Origin: Planctomycetota bacterium
GTDB lineage: Bacteria; Planctomycetota; B15-G4; JAXMBY01
DNA length: 64,000 nucleotides
NCBI GenBank assembly: GCA_046349655.1
Contig: JAXMBY010000012.1
Span: forward strand, 50,405 to 114,404
Direction of reading: 5' to 3'
The notes beneath the pieces were generated by a model, which was given only the letters and a program-made list of their open reading frames with translations, was not told the origin of the DNA and searched no databases. This document shows positions 28,447-38,488 of the stretch, in pieces (position 1 is the stretch's first letter; every line of letters starts with the position of its first letter). The position numbers were made by a program, and so were the translations under genes.

Positions 28447-29951
28447 GTGCAGTGTTCCTGGGGAGTGGATCTATCGGACGGCGCGCTCGTCGCGGTGCGA
28501 CTGACACGTCAGCGCGGCCGTTACCAGGTGCTCGAGACTCGAGTGCTGCCGATCAGCGGACCCGGTGAATGCGCAACCGAGCCGCGCGAGGCACTGAACG
28601 ACGTGCAGCGCGAGGGAGTGATGCGCTTCCTGCGCGACGTGCGGCCCTCGCCCCGCGACCTGCTGTGCGTCGGCTATCCGGGACTTGCCGTTTTCCAGCG
28701 AGTGCTGTCCCTGCCCCCGGTCCCCGAGCATCGCATCGACGAGACCGTTGCGTTCGAGCTGAACCAGCTGCGCCCGTTCGACACCGAGGATCTGCTGGTG
28801 CGCCGCCGCATCCTCGCGCGCTCGCATCGCGCCACCGAGCTGCGCACCATGGTCGCGGCAACGCCGCGCCAGCAGGTGCTCGTGATCGGCGAAGACCTGC
28901 GCAAGCTCGGCATGCGCGTCGATCTGCTGGAGCCAGAGACGATCGCGCTCGCCAACTTCCTCGACTGGGAACGACCGGCGCCGCTGCCGTGCATGGCGCT
29001 CCAGATCGGCCGGATGCGGACCGACCTCGTGTTCCTGGCGCCGCATTTCGTGTTCACGCGCGCTTTTCCCTATGGCGCCGGCGCCATCCTGAAAGACGCA
29101 CCCGAGCCGCCCCAGGTGGACGACCTGGCTCGCCGGCTCGTGCGGGACCTGCGCGCAGCGCTCGGTGCCGCGTTTGGCGACGCAAACGCCCTCGCCGGAG
29201 ATCGGTTGTTCCTGCTGGGTGCCGGCGCCAGCTGCCAGGTGCTGGTGGCGAGCCTCGGCGAGCAGCTCGGCCTCGCCGCCGAGCCGCTCCGCGAACTCCG
29301 TCGCCTGCATCTGCACCCGCGCCTCCAGCGCTCGCATTCGGTCGCCGCGGTCGCCCGCATGGGGTCGGCCATTGGCCTCGCGCTGGCGGGTTTCGACGCC
29401 GGCCAGCTCGGGTTGCCACTGGTGCCCATCAGCGAGGCACGCCGCGCACGCAGCCTCGCACCGATGACGGCGGGTGCCGCCCTGGTGGCGTCGGGACTGC
29501 TCGTCCTGCTCACGTCGCACGAGGTTCGCCAGAAGCGCATTTACGAGGCGGCGCTCGCCGACGCCAGCCCTGAGCGCAGCGCGTCCCTGCACCAGCAAGC
29601 CCTCGGCCTCGATGCCCGACTGCAAGCTGCCAGGGCGCAGGTCGACCTCCTCGAGCGCACCGCCACCGCGCCGTCCTTGATGCTCCGCCAGATGCAGTCC
29701 TTGATCGAGGCGATGGCGAAGGAGCTGCCCGAGTGCCGCCTGCTGCACTTCTCCTGCGGCGCTCTCCGGCCTCGCCCGTCATCACCGGCGAGGCCCGCTG
29801 CACCATGACGAGCGGCGCCGTCACTGCCACCGAGCAGCGGCTGCTGGAGCTCGCCGCCGCGCTCGAGCTCGGAACGCCGAAGGTCACGCGCGGCACCGGC
29901 GCGACGGCGCCCGCGCTCTTGCTCGATTGGCAGGTGGAGGTACGAGGTTGA
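28447..29951 (+). CDS. PilM-like actin-fold domain fused to PilN-like TM/coiled-coil protein, one apparent 1-nt deletion
   Basis: GTG 28447. The first 330 aa or so resemble PilM (WGVDLSDGALVAVRL...LLEPETIALANF...LLGAGAS). Then come TM LAPMTAGAALVASGLLVLLTS and a coiled-coil. The frame of ORF 29733..29951 continues with PVITGEARCTMTSGAVTATEQRLLELAAALE...LLLDWQVEVRG. The join is at the CCC run 29775-29777. Confidence 0.7.
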
Positions 29952-30742
29952 GACCGATCTTGCTGCTCAGCGCGCTCGCGCTCCTGTGCAGCGCCGCGGT
30001 GTTCGTGCAGACCGGCATCCCCGCTGCACAACAGAACGGAGCGGCTCGCGATGAGCTCGCCAACCGCATGGTCGAGCTCGAGCGCGCCGTCGACGACCCG
30101 ACCGCATGGGTGAGCGACGCCGCGTTGGGCCGCCAGCGTGAACGGCTGGTGCGTGCGGAGAACGCGAGTCGCCAGCTTGCCCAGCAACTGCTGGCACCCA
30201 AGCAGAGCTTCGCGGCATTCCTGGTGTCGCACGAGGGCCCATTGCCGGGATTCAACGGCGGGCGTGAGGATCAGTATCTCGAGCTGGCCAACCAGACGCT
30301 CGCGCTCGCCGCACGCGGCGGCATCCAGACCGGCCAACCGTTCCTCGAAGTGCGCAGCGGCGAGGAGTTCAGGGCCCTCGGTGAACCCGAGCAAGAGGCC
30401 CTCTTGCAACGAGCCTTCCTCGTCTACCGACTCATCGACCAGCTGTCGCGATTCCGCGTCAAGGACATCCGCTTGCTCGACATCGCCGCGGTTGCGGACA
30501 ACGCCTATGCGCCCACCGCCACCCCACACAAGGTGACGGTGATGTTCGCGTGCCCGGTCGAGGACGGCTTTGCTGCCATTGCCGGCTTCTTCACCCTCGC
30601 GCCGCCGCCCCTGTGCGATCTGGTCTCGATTGCCGTCGATCGCCTGGAGCCTGCCGACCTCGGCCTGTCAGCCATCGACTTCGCCGCACCGCCGGTGCTG
30701 TTCCGCTGGGAAATGAGCTGGCTCTCGAACGCGTCGCCATGA
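29948..30742 (+). CDS. PilO-like bitopic membrane protein
   Basis: TTG 29948 overlaps the upstream stop (TTGA), with GGAGG 8 nt upstream. MRPILLLSALALLCSAAVFVQ is followed by a coiled-coil and then an alpha/beta C-domain. The assignment rests on position and architecture, not on motifs. Confidence 0.5.
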   Translation: MRPILLLSALALLCSAAVFVQTGIPAAQQNGAARDELANRMVELERAVDDPTAWVSDAALGRQRERLVRAENASRQLAQQLLAPKQSFAAFLVSHEGPLPGFNGGREDQYLELANQTLALAARGGIQTGQPFLEVRSGEEFRALGEPEQEALLQRAFLVYRLIDQLSRFRVKDIRLLDIAAVADNAYAPTATPHKVTVMFACPVEDGFAAIAGFFTLAPPPLCDLVSIAVDRLEPADLGLSAIDFAAPPVLFRWEMSWLSNASP

Positions 30743-30807
30743 TCTGATCGCAGCTTGATGGAGCTCGTCTAACGCCTTTCCAGCCAGGACTTTTCGGGGC
30801 AATCCAC

Positions 30808-31887
30808 GTGGAGCGAGCGACGGTGATTCTGGTGTTGACATGCCTGGTAGGCGCTCTTATAGTCCTGCCCCTCAAATTCTTGAAAGATCACGCACACGGT
30901 GATTCGCTCGCGGCACGCACGAGCTCTCTGGCGAAGCGACTCGACTCGGTGAGCAGCGATCGCGCGACCCCCGACGACAAGGTCCCGTCGATCGCCGATG
31001 TGCTCACCATGTATCGCGAACGACCGCGTCTGCTGAAGGATGGCAGCCGCGCGTTCTTCGAAGCGCATGAGGTGAAGTCTTTTGCCGAGCGCGCGGAGGC
31101 AACGGGTGAGTTTCGGCGCATGATCTTTCCGCCGCTCGAGCTGAGCGGCGAGGTGGCTGTCGGCGCAGTGAACCTGGTCTGGGTGGGAAATCCGCGCAAC
31201 GATGCGCTGGGGCAGAAAATAGGCAGCGATTCGTTACTGACGATCGGCTACCAAATATACCGCTGGACCAAGGGTGGCCATCCCCAGGTCATTGCCAAGA
31301 CGAGCCTTGCGAACACGGCGTTCGCGGACGACACGATCGGATCCGCGAAGGTGGAGTACTTCTACAGTGTGTTGACCGTGCTCGAGGGTCGGGTGGGTGG
31401 TGCACCCACCGTCATCGAGAGCGAGCGGTCGAACGTGCTGCGAGTGGTGACCAAGGAGGCGTTCACGCTCGAGGTGCTTCGCGCCCTGCAACCGGATGCG
31501 GGTGGAGGAGGAGCGGCGAGCGCGCCGGTTGATGGCGCCTTGGTGGCGGTCGTGGTGCCGACGGGCGAGCACAGCGAGCGCCGGGAGTTCTTGGTCAGGG
31601 TAGGAGAAACCATCGGGGCGGTGGCGGGGGTCGCGCCAGGCGTGCGGCAGAGCTTCGAAACCGGCCTCAAGCTGGTGAGCGTGCAGGAGATCGAGGAAGA
31701 GAAGGCGGTCGACGTCGCGCGAGCCTTGTTCGACCCAGACGGCCGTCGCAGTCTCGACAACGACGGGCGCCCTGCGTTCGAGCGCGGATCCAGGCTGGCG
31801 CGCATGCGCCATGTGGAGATCGTCACGACGGATGCCCTGGGCGAGCGGCGGGTGTTCTCGAGTCCGGCCGCGGTGCAGGGCTCCTGA
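30808..31887 (+). CDS. Membrane-anchored protein with fibronectin-III-like domain (occupies the PilP position)
   Basis: GTG 30808; N-terminal anchor VILVLTCLVGALIVLPL. The FN3-like pattern is AVNLVWVGNPRND...IGYQIYRW...TAFADDTIGSAKVEYFYSVLTV. Confidence 0.55.
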   Translation: MERATVILVLTCLVGALIVLPLKFLKDHAHGDSLAARTSSLAKRLDSVSSDRATPDDKVPSIADVLTMYRERPRLLKDGSRAFFEAHEVKSFAERAEATGEFRRMIFPPLELSGEVAVGAVNLVWVGNPRNDALGQKIGSDSLLTIGYQIYRWTKGGHPQVIAKTSLANTAFADDTIGSAKVEYFYSVLTVLEGRVGGAPTVIESERSNVLRVVTKEAFTLEVLRALQPDAGGGGAASAPVDGALVAVVVPTGEHSERREFLVRVGETIGAVAGVAPGVRQSFETGLKLVSVQEIEEEKAVDVARALFDPDGRRSLDNDGRPAFERGSRLARMRHVEIVTTDALGERRVFSSPAAVQGS

Positions 31888-31981
31888 TCGAGAGCACCGT
31901 GATCGCGATACGCCCAGACAGATGATTCCAAGACGAGGTCTCGGCAACCTACCCCAGAAGCTAAACGTCTGACGGAGACAC

Positions 31982-34576
31982 TTGCCTGCCATGCCAAACA
32001 AGCCGGAAACAGTTGCGGAGCCTCGCTTCCGCTGGTCTGGTCTTGCCCTCTCCTCGGTCCTCGCGATGGCGCCGTTCTTCGGCTGCCAATCGGTGGGGAC
32101 GCCGGCGGACGAGCCCGCGGCCCACGCCGACCCTGGGCCGGCACCGGCCCTCCAGCCCGCACGCCAGGAGGCGAAGGGGCAGGCGCCAGGCCAGGCGGCC
32201 AAGGTCGTCACGGACTTCATCGAGCTTGGCAAGAAGCAGCTCGGCGAGGGTCAGCTCGAGGCAGCGCGGAGCAGTTTTGCCGGCGCCTTGCAGCTGGATC
32301 CGGCGAACGCCGAGGCGAGCAAGCTGTTCGAGCAGGTGACCGCTCAGCTGGCCGAGAAGGGCACGAGCGTGCCGGAGATCGCCGAGACGACGCGCCAGCG
32401 CGAAGAGGTCAAGCGCGCTCAGGCGCGGCTCGAGGCGCAGCGCAAGATGCAAGTGGGCGAGGAGGCCGCCGCGCGCGGCGACTTCGATCAGGCGATCCGG
32501 CAGTTCGAGGACGCCCTCATCATCGTGCGGTGGAATCCGTTCCTGGCCGAAGGCGCGCTCGCCGAAGCCGAGCTCCAGCGCCGCATCGACGCCACCCGGC
32601 GAGCCGCCGAGGATGCGGCGCGCGCGCGCGATGCCGAGGTGCAGGCCCGCGCTCTCCAGGAGCAGAAGGAGAAGGAGACCGAGGAGCTGCAGCGGGTCGA
32701 GAATCAAATCAAGCGACTGTTCGCACAGGCCAACGAAGCATTCGGGCGGGAGCACTACGAGGAAGCCCAGGGCTACACCGAGGAGATCCTCAAGCTCGAC
32801 CCGAGCAACACTGACGCCGAGAAGCTGCGCAATGTCGCGAGCCACTCGCGCCATCAGGCCTCCGAGCGCAACCTGAAGGCGCAGTACAAGCGGGAATGGC
32901 GCAAGATCTTCGACGACCTCACCTACGACAACCTGCCGCAGACGGACCTGATCACGTTCCCGAGCGATGACGCGTGGAAGCGCATCAGCGAGCGTGGGCC
33001 GCTCGTGTTCTCGATCGAGCAGCAGAAGATGGCGCCCGAGGATCAGGACGTCCTGAACAAGCTGCTCGAGACCAAGATGTCGATCCAGTTCGAGGACACG
33101 TCGCTCGAGGACGCGGTGAACTGGTTCCGCCAGAACACCGGTCTGCAGTACTGGGTGTCGCCGAAGATCGCCGACAGCGGCGAAGCCGTCACGTTCAAGG
33201 TGCGTGCGGGCCCGCTGAGCGCGAAGCGTGGTCTCGACATGCTGAAGGAGTTCTCGCAGGTGCCGATCAACTGGAAGGTGGAGAACGGCATCGTCAAGAT
33301 CATCACCGCCGAGGAAGCCAAGGGCGGCCAGATCCTGCAGATTTACGACGTGCGCGACCTGACCAAGACGATCTCGTCGTTCCCGTCGAAGGACTTCAAC
33401 CTCACGCCGTCGGGCAAGGTCGAGGACATCGCTCCGGAGAAGGAGCAAACCCCGGCGCCCATCGTCGTGGAAGCGGAGAAGCTGCAGGAGCTGATCACCC
33501 AGACCATCGCCCCGAGCAGCTGGAAGGCCGACCCGAACAACACCATCTCGGTGGTGTCGGGCGCCCTGGTCGTGCGGCAGACCCCCGAGGTGCACGCCCA
33601 GATCGATGCACTCCTGCGCGACCTGCGCGAGAATGCCGGGACCTTGATCAACGTCGAGACCCGGTTCATCACCGTCAAGGACAACTTCCTCGAGGACATC
33701 GGCGTCGACTTCCGCGGGCTGAACGGCCAGAACGGCGGCGGCACCGCCGCCATCCCCAACGTTCCGCTCGATGACTTTGGCTCGTCCACCACCGGCGTCG
33801 GCACGCCGAGCACGCCGAGTGGAATCGGCACGGGCAACGACTCGGGTGCGTTCTACTCGGAAGGCAAGAAGGACTTCCGCGGCCGTCTCGAGAACCTGTT
33901 CGACCTCACGCTCGGCAACAGCGACATCGACAACTCGGGTGGCCTCGCGCTGCAGTTCACGTACCTCGACGATACCAAGCTCGAGGCGATCTTGCGCGCG
34001 GTCGAGAAGAGCGAGACCGCGAACATCGTCAACGCGCCGAGCCTCACGGTGTTCAACGGCCAGCGGGCCAACATCAACGTGATGAGCCACGTCTCCTACG
34101 TGCGCGACTACGACGTGGAGATCGCCCAGGGCTCGGTCGTGGCCGACCCGGTCGTGGACGTGATCCGGGACGGTTCGATCCTGGACGTGCGACCCGTGGT
34201 GTCGGCCGATCGTCGCTTCATCACCATGGAGCTGCGTCCCACGGTCGCCAACCTGCCGCGGCCCATCCCGACCTTCCAGACCTCGCTCGGCATCGGCAAC
34301 GACGTCGTGCTGCAGTTGCCGGAGCTCGAGATCGAGCGGGCCCGCACGACGGTCACGATCCCGGACGGCGCCACGCTCATGCTGGGCGGGCTGAAGTTCA
34401 CGCAGAACAAGGACTTCGATTCGGGCTTGCCGTGGTTGAAGGACATCCCGATCATCTCCTTCCTGGTCAGCCGCAAGGGTACGTTGGAAACCAAGAAGAA
34501 GTTGCTCATCCTGGTACGTGCGAGCATCGTCATACCGACCGAGCGAGCCGCCACGCGGGCGACCGCGATCCGGTAG
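31982..34576 (+). CDS. Secretin (GspD/PilQ family) lipoprotein with TPR/coiled-coil N-terminus
   Basis: Lipobox LAMAPFFGC. Helical TPR-like repeats run to about aa 300. The N0-like domain is MSIQFEDTSLEDAVNWFRQNTGLQYWVSP. The secretin domain is NAPSLTVFNGQRANINV...VTIPDGATLMLGGL...GLPWLKDIPIISFLV...LLILVRASIV. The start is TTG 31982 or ATG 31991. Confidence 0.85.
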   Translation: MPAMPNKPETVAEPRFRWSGLALSSVLAMAPFFGCQSVGTPADEPAAHADPGPAPALQPARQEAKGQAPGQAAKVVTDFIELGKKQLGEGQLEAARSSFAGALQLDPANAEASKLFEQVTAQLAEKGTSVPEIAETTRQREEVKRAQARLEAQRKMQVGEEAAARGDFDQAIRQFEDALIIVRWNPFLAEGALAEAELQRRIDATRRAAEDAARARDAEVQARALQEQKEKETEELQRVENQIKRLFAQANEAFGREHYEEAQGYTEEILKLDPSNTDAEKLRNVASHSRHQASERNLKAQYKREWRKIFDDLTYDNLPQTDLITFPSDDAWKRISERGPLVFSIEQQKMAPEDQDVLNKLLETKMSIQFEDTSLEDAVNWFRQNTGLQYWVSPKIADSGEAVTFKVRAGPLSAKRGLDMLKEFSQVPINWKVENGIVKIITAEEAKGGQILQIYDVRDLTKTISSFPSKDFNLTPSGKVEDIAPEKEQTPAPIVVEAEKLQELITQTIAPSSWKADPNNTISVVSGALVVRQTPEVHAQIDALLRDLRENAGTLINVETRFITVKDNFLEDIGVDFRGLNGQNGGGTAAIPNVPLDDFGSSTTGVGTPSTPSGIGTGNDSGAFYSEGKKDFRGRLENLFDLTLGNSDIDNSGGLALQFTYLDDTKLEAILRAVEKSETANIVNAPSLTVFNGQRANINVMSHVSYVRDYDVEIAQGSVVADPVVDVIRDGSILDVRPVVSADRRFITMELRPTVANLPRPIPTFQTSLGIGNDVVLQLPELEIERARTTVTIPDGATLMLGGLKFTQNKDFDSGLPWLKDIPIISFLVSRKGTLETKKKLLILVRASIVIPTERAATRATAIR

Positions 34577-34605
34577 ACGGGCCGAGGTGGCACCGATTGC
34601 TGTGT

Positions 34606-34636
34606 GCAGGGCGCCCGCGCGGCGCCCTGCTTCTTT
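34606..34636 (+). terminator. Rho-independent terminator after secretin 1
   Basis: A perfect 10-bp stem, GCAGGGCGCC (34606-34615) with GGCGCCCTGC (34621-34630), has a 5-nt loop and is followed by TTCTTT. It begins 30 nt after the stop codon. Confidence 0.7.
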
Positions 34637-34647
34637 GACCGGCATGT

Positions 34648-37408
34648 ATGTCGTTCGCCCTGCTTCTCCTCGCGATTGCCGCGGCGCCATCGAAAGACGA
34701 GCCACCGAGCGCCGATCATCGGTTCATCGCCGCCCTGGTCCGCGCCGGTTACCGAGACCTGGCCGAGCGGTACGTGGACACCCGCCCGCGTCTCACACCC
34801 GTGGAGCAGGTTGGTCTGGAGGCGAGCCTTGCCCATCAGCTCGCGCGCGCAGCCGAACGGTTGCCAGACGCCGATCAGCGTGCCCAGCTCGTGCACCAGG
34901 CGCTGATCCGGATCGAGCGCCACGCACACACAACGGAGATCCCTGCCGCGGTGCACCTGGAGCTGCTGCGGGCGCGCGCCGATGTCCTCGCCACCCAGGC
35001 GCGTCACCTCCCATGGCCATCGCTGGTGGAGAGCGACGCTGTCTTCGGCAAGGCGGATCAGGCTCTCATGGAGGCGCAGGAACTGGCAACGGCCAGCGCT
35101 GACGCGAACCAGGCCAGCAATCCCGACGACGCGGCGCGCGATCTCGCCGCCGCTGCTGGCCTGCAGTACGAGCGAGCGGCACTCAACTTCGACTGGGCAA
35201 GTCGATCGCCCGCGAACGCGCCCGCGCGGCGCGAGCGGCTCGCTCATGCGGCAGATTGGGCGGAGGAGTTCCTGTTTGCTTCACCGGAACCCGGCGCGGA
35301 TGTGCCGCTCGCGAAGCTGCTCTGCGGCATGATCCATGCACAGATCTGGCGCGACTCGACGCCGCACGACGCCGACGAGCTGCGCCTTGCGCTCGGTTTC
35401 CTCGATGACGCGCGCAGCGATCCCGCGCTCGGCGTGCTCAGCCTGCTGCTCGACGTCGCATCCCCCGACCAACCGGGTGCCGATCATCTTGCTGCCATTG
35501 CCGAGCAGCTCGCCTGCGAACAGGCGCGCCTGCTGAACGACGCCGGCATGCCGGGCAAGGCGCGCGCTGCGCGCGACCTGCTCGAGCTGGTGGAGCAGAA
35601 GCAGCTGCAAGCCAGCTCCTGGCGCGAGGCGGCGCAGCTCGAGCAAGCGCGCGCCGCCCGCGCCCTGGGCAACCTCGATGAAGCGACACGCCTTGCCGCT
35701 GCCGCATGGAAGGCAGCCTCCGTGCCCGCGACGCGGGCCGCGGCCGAGCAGCTGCTGAGCGAGCTCACCGCCGATCACCCGGCCGCCGATGCCGACGTGG
35801 CACCCGAGCTGCTGCTCACGGCCACGGACGCGCTGCTGGCGTCGGGACGTCTCGATCAGGCGCTCACCACGGCTCAGCACGCCGTGCTGAGCACGCTTCC
35901 GGGCAGCGACGCGCTCCTCACCGCTCGCTTCTGGGCGAAGCTCGGCGACATCTACATCCGCCGGAGCGAGCCCTTGCAAGCGAGCATCGCCTACGAGGAA
36001 GCGCTGCGAACGTCGCCGCCCGGCCGCAGCGACGAGCTCGAGCCGTGGGCTCGAGGCTACTACAACGCGCTCGTGATGCGCGCAGAGCAGACCGGCTCGG
36101 CGTTCGATCGCGCGCGCCAGCGCTCCTCGGCAACCGACCTCTCGCGGCTGGGGCTGCAGCTCGGTGCGAGCCTTGCATTCCTCCTGGCCAAGGAACGCTT
36201 CGCCGAGGCCCGGACGCTGAGCGATGCTGACGAGCGCCGGCGCGTGCTCGCCGACGTGTCGGACGCGCTGGCCCGGGTGGATGCGACGAGCGCCTACTTC
36301 GAGCGTGCCTGGGTCTACCGTGCACGCGTCGCCCATGAGCAGGGTGACCCGGACGGGGCGTTGCGCACGCTCGCCGACTACACCCTGTTCACGCAGCGCA
36401 ATCGTTCGACGCCCGGTGCCGAGCGGCAGAGGGAAGTTGCCATCGCCGAGGCGCGCTACTACCACGCGTCATGGCTCGTGGATGCCGGACTGCGCGCCCC
36501 GCGCGAGAGCGACGATCGGCGCAGCGCCATCCGTGATGCCTTGACCGAGCTGCACAATTTCGCCGAGCACCATGCGGAGCAGCGAGCGCTGATCGCGTGG
36601 GTCGAGCTGACCCGGCTGCGGGCACACGCGGCGCAAGGTGACCTGCCGCAATGCGAAGCCGATTATGCGCGGCTGCTCTTGGCGTCACCATCCGCCGAGC
36701 TGCGCGCCCATGCGACCTTCCAGCTCGGCAGCGCCTATCTCGAGCGCCACCGCGACACCGCCGGGACCGGCGGCGGCGACGTGCGCTTGCTGCACCGCGC
36801 TGCGGAGCTCATCTTCGAGCACTGCGAGCAGGCAGACTTCCCGGATGCTCAGAACCTGAAGCGGACGGGCGACTGGTTCTTTGCGAGCGGTGACTTCGCC
36901 CTCGCCACGCGGTCCTATGACACGCTGCTCGAGCGATTCTCAAGAACACCCGCGACTGCCGACCTGTGGGACGACGCGCGACTGCGCCTGGCGCAGTGCG
37001 TCACCAGGATGGGCGACCTCGCCCGGGCAAAGGGGCTGTGGGACGAGCTCCTACCCACTCACCAGACCAGCGTCGCCGCGCTGGAGGGGGCGGCATTGAC
37101 CGAGGGCGGCTTCCTGAGGGTGTGCGACGGACAGGCGCAGGAGGTCGCCGGCGTGGGCGACCGCGCGAAGGCAGTGGCGATGTGGCGGCGCATCCGCAGC
37201 CAGGCATTCGGCAGCCAGGATGAACGGTCCCCACGCTGGTGGAGGTCCGGTCCATTACCTGCACGCCTTGGTCGCCCTGGGCGAGACGGATGCGCGCGCG
37301 CGTCAGCAGGCGGAGTCCGAGCTGCGCATGCTGCGCAGCATCGACGCAGACCTCGGCGGCGAGGCCCTGCGGCCGTCGTTCGCCTGGCTGGAGCGACACC
37401 TGCGATGA
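34648..37408 (+). CDS. Large secreted all-alpha TPR-like protein (~920 aa), one apparent 1-nt insertion near the 3' end
   Basis: Signal-like MSFALLLLAIAAAPS. The frame of ORF 34648 becomes Arg/Pro junk after ...FGSQDERSPRWW. The frame of ORF 37220..37408 continues VHYLHALVALGETDARARQQAESELRMLRSIDADLGGEALRPSFAWLERHLR and stops at 37406-37408. The break is near 37245. Confidence 0.65.
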
Positions 37409-38475
37409 TCCTCCCGGCGCTGTCGATGGTCGCGCTGGCACTGGCTTCGCCCGGCGACGTCATTCACCGTCGCATCGGCCCGCCCCTCGCCGACGTGCAG
37501 GTGATCCACGATGGCCTCGACGGCGTGCGCTACCGGCGCCTCGCCACGCCGGAGCAACGATCGCCGGAGCAATCATTGCCGGCGGATGCCGTGGTGGACG
37601 TCGCGTTCGATCAGCTGCCGGATGACTATGGCGTCGGCATGTCCTTGCTCGCGGCAGGAAGCCTCGGACAGGCGGTCGACGCGCTGACGCGCGCGGTCTC
37701 GGCGGAGAAGCGCGCGCTGGTGTTGCCGACCTTGCGCCTTGCGCTCGCGCGCGCACGCACTGCCGCCGCGTTCGCGGGCCAGGCGGACGAAAGCATGGCG
37801 GTCAAGGAATACGAGGAGCTCGCCGCGCGCTACCCGGACCGACGCATCGTGGTGCCGGCGCTGTTCGAGCTCGCGCGTCTGCATTCGGCGCGCGGCGACG
37901 CCGCATCCGCACTCGCCACGCTGCAGCAGCTCGAGAAGACCACGATCGAGCACCACCTGGGAGCCGCGGCGCTGCTGCGCCTTGCCTACGAGCGAGGGCT
38001 GATCCATCGGCGCGCCGGCAATCTCGAACAGGCCGAGGCGGCGCTGGCGCTGGTTGCCGGCAAGCCCACGCGTGCCGATCCCGAGACCGCCGAGCTCGAG
38101 CAGCTCGCGCGCGTGGCGCTTGCCGACGTGGCCAGCGCGCACGGCCACGCCGAGGACGCGCGCCGGCATCTCGACGCACTCCTGAGCGAGCCCGGCCTGG
38201 CACGCGGCGCGCGCGCGATGGCCTTCGTCTGCCTCGGCGAGCTGGCCTTGCAGGCGGGAGAGCTCGAGCGTGCGGAGCTCGAGCTGCACCGGGTGCTGGT
38301 GCTGTGCTTCGATTGCGACGACGCATGCGCGCGGGCGATGTTCGCGCTGGCGAAACTGTACCGGCAGTGGGGTTCGACGCAGGATCGCGCCGCCGCGTGC
38401 GCCGCCGAGCTGTTCCGGCGCTGGCCTGGCAGCGTCATGGCGCGCGACGCCCGCGCCGCGTGGCCCGGACGCTGA
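37405..38475 (+). CDS. Secreted TPR-like protein (356 aa)
   Basis: ATG 37405 overlaps the upstream stop (ATGA). It has the signal MILPALSMVALALASPG and helical repeats. The track fuses it to the upstream gene as a 1275-aa ORF. Confidence 0.65.
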   Translation: MILPALSMVALALASPGDVIHRRIGPPLADVQVIHDGLDGVRYRRLATPEQRSPEQSLPADAVVDVAFDQLPDDYGVGMSLLAAGSLGQAVDALTRAVSAEKRALVLPTLRLALARARTAAAFAGQADESMAVKEYEELAARYPDRRIVVPALFELARLHSARGDAASALATLQQLEKTTIEHHLGAAALLRLAYERGLIHRRAGNLEQAEAALALVAGKPTRADPETAELEQLARVALADVASAHGHAEDARRHLDALLSEPGLARGARAMAFVCLGELALQAGELERAELELHRVLVLCFDCDDACARAMFALAKLYRQWGSTQDRAAACAAELFRRWPGSVMARDARAAWPGR

Positions 38476-38488
38476 GGAGGTGCCTGCC

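Noticed and set aside
34588-34600. A sigma54-like TGGCAC...TTGC element between secretin 1 and its terminator
   Set aside because: The GG-to-GC spacing is 8 nt rather than the required 10, and it sits upstream of a terminator, not of a gene.
31961-34705. A 914-aa minus-strand ORF exactly antisense to secretin 1
   Set aside because: It is Arg/Asp/Leu/Gly/His-rich with no recognisable domain, and the + strand encodes a full-length secretin with all motifs. This is a typical shadow ORF of a GC-rich gene.
34648-38475. A single 1275-aa TPR protein as listed in the ORF track
   Set aside because: About 55 residues around 37240-37400 are Arg/Pro junk. The neighbouring frame carries a sensible C-terminus ending in an ATGA overlap with ATG 37405, which opens a new signal peptide. 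This is therefore two genes plus one indel.
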